From positions 87,730,001 through 87,794,000 of the forward strand of contig OZ024741.1 of NCBI GenBank assembly GCA_964016885.1: DNA of 64,000 nt. Reading direction: 5' to 3'. A program made the translations under genes and the position numbers. This stretch comes from Eledone cirrhosa (lineage: Eukaryota). The notes under the pieces were generated by a model, which worked only from the letters and a program-made list of their open reading frames with translations, had not been told where the DNA came from and did not search any database. Position 1 is the first letter of the stretch. Every line of letters begins with the position of its first letter. Of this stretch, positions 11,759 to 22,591 are shown one piece after another.

Positions 11759-14700
11759 TTACAGACACATACTCAGAGAAGGCCCATTCATTCGGGCCAT
11801 ACTTGCTTCTCTCACCCATCTTTCAACAAAATGCTGGGAAGAGAGCACTTCCCTCTCTACCCTGATTTTCCTTTTCAAATGAAATTTGAAAAAGTTAATC
11901 AGGGCATCACCGAAGAGGTAAGTGCTCGTCTTCAGCCCTTTCAAACGTGTCCACCATACTATCTCTTTCGCCATGGCCACCAGACAGATAAAAACTGCCT
12001 GCCCTTCCAGGCTAAAGGAAGGGGGCGGGGCAATCCTCACGATGGACTCAGCTGATAGCTGGATAGGTCCTACACGTGACAGCAGGTGTTCGACATAAAC
12101 CCACAAGTCAGCAATGCTTGGACACTGGACGAGTGCGTGCAGGACGGTTTCGTCGCCCTGCGCGCATCTCGGACATGTCCGGCTGACGGCACCTCCATGC
12201 CTGTAGAGTTTATCCCGAACTGGCAAAGCTCCTCGGTAGCACTGCCAGGCCAGGGATTTCTGGAAGTTGTCCATAGGCCCCGGCCCGAAAGTCCTTCCGA
12301 AGAGATTGGCTAGTTGATTTTCGTCGACGCCTAGAGTTTCTCCAAGTACGTCGTCGCTCTTCCCCTCCACTAATCCCCTATAGAACGCCAAGGTGGAGTT
12401 TCCACCGATCACATTGCCCGATTGGTCGAGGGCTGTGAGCGCCTGAAGACATTCCAGTCTCCAAGCGCTCCCTCTCGGTCTTCGCTTGACCCAGGACTGC
12501 AGCTCCGTCAAGGAGACGAGCTGGGGAAAAACGTGTCTTGCAAACGGCGACCACACCTGATCACCGTCGAGGAAGAGGTGGAGATGTCGTAGCCTGAGCG
12601 CGTGTCTGCGCATCATCAACCACGGCATGCCCATCCCTCCACGTAGCGGGTGTTGACAGCAGATGGACCGCCTGACCATCGGAGCGCGTCCCTTCCACAA
12701 GAAGCGAAAGAGCAAACGCTCCAGCGCAGTCAGGCGGGGCTTAGGACAAGGTACGACGGTCAGGCGGTAGTAGATGACGGATGCGATGTACGCATTCGCC
12801 ACCTCCGCTCGACCTTTCAGGGATAGCTTCCTCTCGGCCCATTTCTGGGTGAGAGAAGCCACCCTGCTCGTCACCTCGTCCCAGTTTTTGTCCGTCTGGA
12901 GGTCTGGACCGAACCAGACCCCTAGCAATTTAACAGGTCCGTCCGTCCAGCGCCCGACGACGCTGTTGGATGGCATGGACCTGCCTCTCCAGGTGCCGAG
13001 CTGCAGGCCCACTGACTTATCCTGGTTGATCATTGCTCCTGTCACCGCTTCGTATTCTCTTAGTGTAGTGCCGATCGCCTCGATGTGTTTGGCGTTCGAC
13101 ACCACTACGGTGACATCGTCGGCATATGCTGACACGGATCTTCCGCATCCTAGTTCGCGCGGGACCCCCCTCAACGTCTCCAGTTTGTGCAGTAATGGCT
13201 CGAGAGTCAATACGTACAATAGGGACGAGAGGGGACATCCCTGGCGGACCGAGCGCATGATGTTGAACGGTTCCGAAAGGTGACCGTTCACTCTCACTAC
13301 AGAGCAGATGTCGCTGTGCATGGCAGCGATCCAGCCTCTGAAGACGGGCCCAAAGCCAGCCGCCCTCAGGACTGCCGCTAGGTAACGATGGTCGACCCTA
13401 TCGAAGGCTTTCGACTGATCTAAATTGATCAAAGACCCACCCGTGCCAGGTTCCCTAGCTACCCTCTCTATGATGTATCGCATGAGGTGGAGGTTGTCGT
13501 GGATGGATCTATCGGGAATGGCGCATGTCTGTGCCTCTCCCACCAGACCACCAACGACAAGCGCCAACCTCTTTGCTAGCACCTTGGCCAAAATCTTGAA
13601 CTCTGTGTTTAGCAGAGTTATGGGCCTAAAATTATCTGTGTTATCCCCCTTGTTCGGATCCTTTCTCACCAGCGCCACCGCTCCTCGGCTCACAGAGCTG
13701 GGAATTCTCCCGTTCTGTTGCCAGTTGCAGTAGACGTCCGCCAAGAGGCCTCCGAACAAGTTTGGCATTTGTACTAAAGTTCATAGGGCAGACCATCCAA
13801 ACCAGGCGATTTACCCCTTGTGCAACTAGTCATTGCATCCCGTACTTCAGCGGTTGTTATCGTCTTTTCGCAACACTCCGCCTCAGTGGCCGAAAGCTGC
13901 GGCAGTCCGTCGAGGTAGACACTAAAGTCCATCCCTCGATCCGGCCCGCCACTGCCCCCGAACAGTTGAGCGAAGTGTCGCTGAAAAGCTTCACACATTT
14001 TCCCGGGATCGAGTAGCATGCGCCCGTCGTGGTCCATCAAAGACCGGATCGTGGATTTGTTGCCACGACGCGCCTCCGCCACTCGGGCCCATTGAACGGC
14101 TTTCGTCCCCTCGTGTCTGAGAGCACGCACCCTAGCTCTGACAACGCAGCCTTCGTGCTTTGCATTGAAGAATTGGTCAAGGGCCAATTTCGCCGCAAGT
14201 ACGTCGGTCGCGATGCCTTTGCTAAGCGCCTCATCTAATTTTCTAACTAATTCTTCCTCTGCTCTATTTTTCTCTATTGCTAAAGTCTTACTAAACCTAA
14301 TGGACTCTATTCTAATTGCTCTTTTCAGAGAAAACCACCACTTGTTGTTGACGATGGCCCCCGTCAACGCCCGCTTAACTAGTTCGCTAATCCGGTCTCT
14401 GTAGGCCTTGCGCGCTGGTAAGGACGCGTTTAGCTTCCAGTAGCCGGGTCCTCGTCTATAAAGCCTATCTAAGTCAAGCACACAGATCACGAATTTGTGG
14501 TCCGTGTAGCTGACTATCTTGAATTGTGGACAGCCTATGCTAGACCTATCTATTTCCCTACAAAATACTCTATCTAGATATGATCTGGATGACCCTATGC
14601 GATTTGTCCAAGTCCACATTGGTACATTCGGGAAATCCATTCGGTACCTGTCAGACAGTTCAAAACGTCTGAGCAGGTTGGTGAGACTCTTGCACCCTCC

Positions 14701-15177
14701 TTCCCTATCCACTAATCCCACACAATCCCAGCGTGCATCTAAGATCCCGTTCCAGTCGCCCACTAACACTAAAGAGCGGGACGTTCCAAGAAAGGTCTCC
14801 AGACGCCGGAAGAAATCAGGCCGCCCTGCTCCTGTTGGGGCATAGACGGCCACTAACCTGAAAGCTTGCCCGTCTCCGCTGGTCACGTCCAGCACCACCA
14901 ACTTACCTTCTGGGTCCAGGAAGATGGCCCGTATGGCAAGATCCAAACCTCTCCGAAAAAGCACAGCAACTCCTCCCCCCGATCCCGGACGGCTGGGAGA
15001 TGCGTACACATCGTAGCCGCCGAAGATCGGTGCGAAAGCCTGTGTTTCGGAGATTCTGGTCTCGCTGATGGCCACTACATCTATGTTTAGTGACCTGAGG
15101 TCGTTGAGCAGGTGGCCCTGCTTCCATGACGACCCCAAGCCACGCGCATTTATGCTGCCTATTCTGAGTGAGGTCAT
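11759..15177 (-). pseudogene. Tx1 ORF2: APE endonuclease, reverse transcriptase and C-terminal zinc finger; one 1-nt frameshift near 13774
   Basis: ORFs 13774..15177 (SINARGL, GDWN, SYLDR, TDHK) and 11759..13768 (NFRPITLLN, DQSKAFDRV, RQGCPLS, AYADD, CPRC...H...C). Confidence 0.93.
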
Positions 15178-15211
15178 GTTGAAAAGGAGTGGAAAAGATG
15201 GGAAAGACCAC

Positions 15212-17208
15212 TTACCTTACTTCTCGTAGGGGAAGGACGGCTTTTCCATCCTTTTCACTGCTTGTGGCCTCCTCAGGAAGGATGTCCTTATAAATCCTCC
15301 TGGAGAGTGCTTGTCGGAAGTCTCCGATGTCTTTGGGGAATTTTTGTTTTAGTGTCATGTACGTTTTCTGTGTGATGCGAGTGATTTGTATGTGTGGCGC
15401 TGGTGTGAATTTTGGGGTTGTTGTGTAGTCTTTTTCTGTGATGCTGGTGTTGTGTTGGATGTAGTATAATAATTGCTTGTTGTTCAAATTTAATGCTGTG
15501 TAGTGTGTATCGTTTTGGTTGTTTTGTTTTGTTTGCGTTTGTTGTGGGTTTGTTTCTGTTTCGCATTTTGGTGACTTTTGTGGTGTAGGTGATGGTGGTG
15601 CTGGGGATAATGATGGTGATGGTGTTGGTGTTTGGGTTGATGGGGTTGGTGATGCTGGTGTGGATGGTGGCATATCTGTCCTAACTTTTTTGTTTCTTAG
15701 TTTATTTGTTTCCCTCTGTATTTTGTTTTTGGAGGGGGAAGGAAGAGAATTTTTTCTTTTTTGGTTTCTTTTTTTTTTCCGGATATCGTTTCCCACTCCT
15801 CGTCGTCACAATCTGTCTCCAGTTGTGATAGGCCGGGGAGTGGAAAATCCTCCACAGCCGTTAGTTTTGGTTGTGGTGTGGTGGATGGTGTAGGCGCTGG
15901 TGCTAGTTCTGAAGCGTTGGGTGGTGGTGGTGTTGGTTTTGCTGGTGGTGGTAGTGGTGTTGGTTTTGCTACTGTTGCTGGGGTTGTTGCTGTTATAGTT
16001 GCTTCTGTTGTTGCTGCTACAGTTGTTGCTGCCATCTCTGCTACTGGTGGTGTTGATGGTTGTGTCACTGGGGTGGGTAGGAGAGGTGGCCTCAACCTTT
16101 TAGCCTGAGGGCAGAAAGCCCTTAGGTGGGTTCCTTCACCACAAACGACACACCTAGGTCTTCTGCCCTCGACAATTACCGTGAGGTGGCTGCCGTCAGT
16201 GAGGTCTATTACCTCTGGGATCTCCTCAATGCTTTTTTGGTCCGCTTGGATCAGGAGCTCCATCCCAGATCCGGACCAGTTTTCCTGCTTTTCTTTTGCT
16301 ACTGCTATTATTTTCGTGTTGGCTTCGATGCCAGCGAGGACAGCCGCTATTAGCCAGGGAATTTCGATGGCCGGTGGAACGTGGGTCACCCTGATCTTTA
16401 CGAGTCTCTGGCCACAATAGCTTGGGACGAGTGTGAGGTCGTCACTTTTTAATGGGGCCATGGAGTGTTCTCTAGCCTCCTCTGGTGTTTCGAAGAACAC
16501 ATCCACGGTTCCATACTTTTGCCCACGTCTGATGTGGGTTTTTCTTGCCCACACATGTCCCAAAGCTTTTTGGATTTGGGACTCGGATGCCCGTTCCACT
16601 CGGCGCGATTTTACATTTATTGTTCTATACGACACGGTGCACAGGCGCCGATGCTCCATTTTATTAGGTGGGGGGGTGAGGCTGACCCTGTACCCATCTT
16701 TCTTTACCATTTGTTTGGCATTTTCTAAATCTTCTTGAGTTACCGTGAACGCTTCGAATTGTTTTGCTACGATGGCGAAACTGAGGGTCGGTTTTATAAT
16801 GTCATTGTTGTTGTTGTTGCTATCGTTAATATTAATTTTATTTTCAGTTGTGGTGGTGGTGACGTCAGTCGTCTTTGGTGGGGAAGAGTCCATTTTGCTT
16901 GATTTCATTTCGACATCACGAGTTAATTTATTTTTTTCTTCTTTTGTTTCTGTTGTCGCGGTGGTGGTGGTGGTGGTGGTGGTGGTGGTTGTCGCGGTGG
17001 TGGTGGTGGTGGTGGAGGCTTTAACACCTGCAGTCATTGGTAATGGCGGGAAATGAATGTCTGCCTGAGACAAATTTAAAATATTGCTACTGCTTATATT
17101 TTTTTTTGTGTTGGCAAACGTAGTAACATTTACAATGGTGGTGTCGGTGTGAGGTGTTATTTTGTGAGGAAGGCTTTCAGCTGCTTCGTGCAGAGGTGAA
17201 GTAGCCAT
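15212..17208 (-). pseudogene. Tx1 ORF1 (gag-like with CCHC knuckle); one frameshift in an A-run near 15780
   Basis: ORFs 15697..17259 and 15212..15796. Knuckle CVVCGEGTHLRAFC. Likely start MATSP at 17208. Confidence 0.85.
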
Positions 17209-17417
17209 TTTTTTTTCAAAGAAATTTTTGATAATAATAAAAGTTAAAATTTTGGGCACAAGGCCCCAATCTTTTTAGGTGTCCTTTTCGGAAAACAATG
17301 TATGTGTGCTTATAAACAGTTAACAATAAAATTTTCCATAAATGGCAATTTTTAAACAAACGGAAATAACAAACCTTTGCGGAGCTCACGATAATACGAT
17401 TTCCTACGTAGGTCGCC

Positions 17418-17477
<60 letters not shown>

Positions 17478-17480
<3 letters not shown>

Positions 17481-18777
17481 TGGTCAAGCACAGAGATCCG
17501 TAGGCTCGATACAAAAATTCGAAAATTCTTAACCATGCACAGAATGCATCACCCTAAGGCAGATATAGATAGAATATATCTCCCTAGGAAAGAAGGAGGA
17601 CGTGGGTTAATCCAGTTAGACATTGCGTTGAAAACTGCAACAATTGGATTATCTACATATCTAAGGGAATCACATGATTGGATGATCAAACTCGTTTTGA
17701 AACACGAAAGCATCAAAAGATCATATTCCATTACAAAAGATGCACAAAGATACAGTAATGGACTACAAATTTCAGAAGTTCCATTTACTGCTGAAATGGA
17801 AAACACAGAAAAAGCAAAGCAGGTAAAAGTAACTGCAAAGAAAGAACTGCTACAGAAACTGGTTAAGAAATGGCAAGAAAAGCCTCTGTATGGAAAATAC
17901 CCAGAGCGAGCTAACAATCCTGATGCTGACAAAACTTTAACCCATCAGTGGTTGGCATCCTCTGGACTGAAATCGGAGACTGAAGGACTGATTATATCAG
18001 CACAAGATCAGTGTCTGCCAACAAAAAATTACCAAGCCAACATAATAAAAAATGGATGCAGCCCATTATGCCGTGTATGCAAAAAACAACCAGAGACCAT
18101 TGACCATATAATTTCAATGTGCAGTCCTATAGCTCCAACCGAATACCTAAACAGGCATGACAGAGCTGCACAATACATACATTGGATAATGTGTAAGCAT
18201 TTTGACCTGCCCCATCAAAAGAATTGGTGGGAGCATCAACCACCTCCCATACTTGAAAAAGATCACATCTCAATCTTGTGGAACTTTAGCATCCAAACAG
18301 ACCGAAAAATAGATGCAAATAGACCTGATATAATATTGAAGGACTTTAAAAAGAGGGTATGCTTGCTAATTGATATGTCTGTTCCAATAGACAAGAATGT
18401 ATCTATAAAAACATTTGAAAAATTGAGCAAGTATAAGGACCTGGAGATAGAAATTGGAAAAATGTGGAAATTGAGAACTAAAACAATACCAGTGGTTGTA
18501 GGCGCTCTGGGAATGATACCTAAGGGTCTAATGATTACTTATCGCAAATCCCAGGAAACCCGCGTATAGGAGAAATACAAAAGATAGTACTAATGGGAAC
18601 TGCCCATATACTAAGGAAGATTCTGTCAATATAAGTACATCACAAGTCTAAACACTAAAGATGCATGTGTGAGCATGTATGTTCTTTCCTGAACATGGCG
18701 GACCTTATTGTCTCTTGAGGTCACTGGTTGTGACTTGGTGATAACTCGTATGAACATAAAGCAAGATAAATGCAACT

Positions 18778-18832
<55 letters not shown>
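17478..18832 (+). mobile_element. Dong-A 5'-truncated copy plus (TAA)n tail
   Basis: Near-identical to 7382-8683 (ORF 17535..18569). Preceded by (AAT)20 at 17418-17477. Confidence 0.92.
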
Positions 18833-18835
<3 letters not shown>

Positions 18836-21800
18836 AATAATAACAATGAAACTTATGCTTATTCATTTTGGGGGCCCTTTCTGCCCGTGTGTTTGTTTGT
18901 TTATGTGTGTCCGTATACAGCGTGGTGATAATGCCACACAAGGGCCAAGTGGGATGGCGGATCCACAGATGGCTATGTAAACATACATTCGCCAATCCTC
19001 GATAAGAGTGTTTAAATATCGAACATAAACAGTTCGAATAACGGTGAAATGGAGACTAGAACGTCATGTGACAGACTCTCACCCAACAGGTGCCCCCTGG
19101 CTCAGCAGCAGGAACCTGACTGTCAACCAAATACTGCTGATGTTGGAGGAAGAAGAAGAAGGAAAGGGGCCAGAACCAACTGGACGAAAGAATTGAATAG
19201 AACTGTTATGCAATGCTACCTGAAAAGTAACCCCAAGGAGAGGGGCTACAGGAGACGGATGCATAACATCTGGAACGAGATTGGTTTATTTAAATTAGAT
19301 GAACAAAAATTGGCCGGGCAGGCTCGGGTAATAAGAACTAATGGGTGGATAAGCGAGCTGGAACTGGAGGAACTGAGCAGAGAGAATGGCTTGGAGATGG
19401 CGGGTGTAGTATGCCAGACAAGCGAGCCGGCGGGAAATGAAGGTGAGGAGGTCCTGAGAACGGAGGAACCACCCGAAGCAGACAATGATCTGAATACTGA
19501 GATAAATAATACCTGGAACAGAGATACGGCCACTGAGGAGATGAATGCTGACGGGCTAGGACAAGATTCGGTTGACATCCTAAATTTAGTGGTAGATGAG
19601 TTGAACAATGATAGTGGGAGACCTATGAACCTAAGATTTGTAGACAGGAAAAAGTTAAAAGAAACAACAGCTAAGGTAAACAAAGTCATCCCATACCTTG
19701 AGGCGAGGAGTCTTCACCAGTGCAACAATATCCTCAAAGCAACAGCAAATACGGTGAGGAAACTACTTGGTATAAAAGCGAGAGGAAACAACAGACAAGA
19801 AAGAGCAGAGCCGTGATGGAAGAAGCGACTGAGTGGGCAAATCGGGGAAATGAGAAATGACATAGGAAAGCTTGAGTCACTACTGAATGGGACACTAAAA
19901 AACATAGGCACTAAAAATAGACTGGAAATAAAATACAAAACTAGGAGTAAAAAGCTAAATATTATCATAGAGGAATTGAAGCAACGCATTGTAGCAAAGA
20001 GTGCCAAAATCAGGCGATACGAGAACAGAGTCAGTCAGTATAAACAGAACCGCATGTTCGACAACAACCAGAAGATGCTGTTTGGACAGCTTGAGGGGAA
20101 AGAAAGAGGCAACGACTTGATCCCTGGGGCGGAACAAGCTAAAACATTCTGGAGAGGAATATGGGAGCAGGATGTTAGACACAATGCCCAGGCAGGGTGG
20201 ATTGAGACAGTACAGAGGGAGATCGGTGAGCAGGCACAGCAACAGACTGATTTGAGTATCACAGTTGAAACTCTTAAGGGGCAAGCCAAAAAACTAACCA
20301 ACTGGAAATCACCAGGCCCAGATGGTGTGCAGGGGTATTGGATTAAACATTTAACATCCCTCCACCCGAAGCTGACGGCCATGTTCAATGACTGCTTGGT
20401 GTCGGGTGAGGTGCCAGAGTGGTTGACAAAAGGTACCACAGTTCTGATAATGAAAGACCGAATCAAGGGTAATGATGTTACCAACTATAGACCTATCACA
20501 TGTCTGCCCGTAATGTGGAAACTGTTGACGAGCATTGTGTCTGAGGAAATCTACCATCACCTCCACACAAACAACTTGTTGCCGGACGAACAGAAAGGAT
20601 GCCGAAAGAAGTCACGTGGTACAAAGGACCAGTTGCTTATTGATAAGATGGTAATGGGGAATTGCAGGAGGAGACACACTGATCTTGCCATGGGATGGAT
20701 AGACTACAGAAAGGCATTTGACATGGTGCCTCATTCCTGGATCACCAAAAGCCTGGAGATCTTCAGGGTGGCAGATAACATCAGACAGTTGCTGGGCAGG
20801 AGTATGGGGTCCTGGGAGACAGAGTTGACATCAACTGGAGTATCCTTGGGAAGCGTGAAGATCAAGAGAGGTATCTTCCAGGGAGATAGCCTGTCCCCTC
20901 TGTTGTTTGTCCTTTCCCTGATGCCCTTGACCATTATGCTGCGAAAAGTGAGAGCAGGATACAAGTTGGGAAGGGGAGAGCTTACCATCAATCACCTCCT
21001 CTTCATGGACGATCTTAAGCTCTTCGGGAAAAGTGAGAAGGAGTTGGATGTGCTTGTTGACATTGTCCGTATTTTCAGCAGTGATATATGTATGCAGTTT
21101 GGTATTGGTAAATGTGGAGTCATTGTGATGAGGAGGGGTAGGTTGAGCAGAAGTAACGGGATCCAGATACCAACAGGTGAGATGATAAAGGAAATTGACT
21201 CTGAGGAAGGATACAAGTATTTGGGCGTTCTGGAGGCTGATGGCATAAAGAACAAAAAAATGAAGGAATTGTTAAGAACTGAATACATTCGGAGAGTAAG
21301 GAGCGTATTGAAGTCACATCTGAACAGCAGAAATGCCATAAGCGCAGTAAATTCCCGAGCTGTGTCTATTATTAGGTACAGTGCGGGAATTCTGAGATGG
21401 AATGTTGCTGAACAAAAAGAAATGGATAGGAAGACTAGGAAGCTATTGACTATCTACAACATGTTCCACAAGAGGAGTGATGTCGATAGACTCTACCTAA
21501 GGAGATCTGAGGGTGGAAGAGGTCTTATCAGCATAGAGGACTGTGTTCAGATGGAGAAAAACAACCTATACAAATACGTGACCTATAGTAAGGAGCCAAT
21601 GCTCAGAGCTGTACTGAAGGAGGGGACAGTAGGCCAGGGGATATCCAAGGAGGAAATAACATCAAGGAGGAAGAGCAGCCTTAAGGGAAAATCCCTTCAT
21701 AGTACCTTCTTTGAGAAAACTGAATTTAGAGATCCACAGACATGGAACTGGTTGAGAAGAGGAGACCTCAAAAAGGCTACAGAAGGAATGCTAATGGCTG

Positions 21801-22527
21801 CGCAGGAGCAGGCCCTCAAAACGAAGTGGTTGAAGCACCATATCTACAAGGAGGAGGCTAGCCCACTGTGCAGGATCTGTGGAGAGAGAGAGGAGACTGT
21901 GGCTCACATTGTGTCCGAGTGTAAACACCTAGCCCAGACCCACTATAAGGGCTGTAGACACGATGTGATGGGCAGGGTGATCCACTGGCACCTGTGCAAA
22001 GTAAACAATCTACCACATTCTGAGAAATGGTATGAGCATAGGCCAGAGACGGTGATGGAGAACAGTCAGGTGAAGGTGCTGTGGGATTTTAGGATACAGA
22101 CGGACAAAAAACTGGAACACAATAGACCTGACCTGGTGGTTGTGGACAAAGAAAAAAGATCGTGCCTGATTGTGGATGTGGCCTGCCCGTTCGACACGAG
22201 AGTGCAAGAGAAGGAGAGGGAGAAAATTAACCGATACCAGGACCTAAAGTGGGAGGTGAAAAGGATTTGGAACTGCCATGAAGTCAAAGTGATCCCGATT
22301 GTCATAGGCGCACTGGGGACTATCTCCAAAGGTTTCCAGGGATGGTTAAAGAAAATCGGCCCCTTCACGCTTTTTGGAACGCTTCAAAAGGCATGCTTGC
22401 TTGGAACGGCAAGAACCCTCCGATACGTCCTGAATATCTGAGGCTGCAGGTAGTGGCTTGATATTCAATCCAACGGACTTTCCAGTTAACCAACATCAAT
22501 GACTGAGATTCAAGGAATAACAATAAC

Positions 22528-22587
<60 letters not shown>
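18833..22587 (+). mobile_element. Dong-B apparently full-length element plus tail
   Basis: 5' UTR, long RT-RLE ORF, short 3' UTR ending gattcaagg, then (AAT)n. Confidence 0.93.
19049..22441 (+). pseudogene. Dong-B polyprotein (about 1130 aa) with a single in-frame TGA at 19814
   Basis: ORFs 19049..19816 and 19850..22441 are in the same frame (EP*WKKR, probably Trp). NWTKELNRTVMQCY Myb-like region, FMDD RT motif, CCHC finger and PD..D endonuclease. Confidence 0.92.

Positions 22588-22591
<4 letters not shown>

Larger units (their letters stand above)
11516..17417 (-). mobile_element. Full-length Tx1/L1-clade element copy b (5.9 kb) inserted in (AAT)n
   Basis: 5' UTR, ORF1, 34-nt spacer, APE-RT ORF2 and a 3' UTR with AATAAA. 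Both ends abut AAT repeats. Confidence 0.93.
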
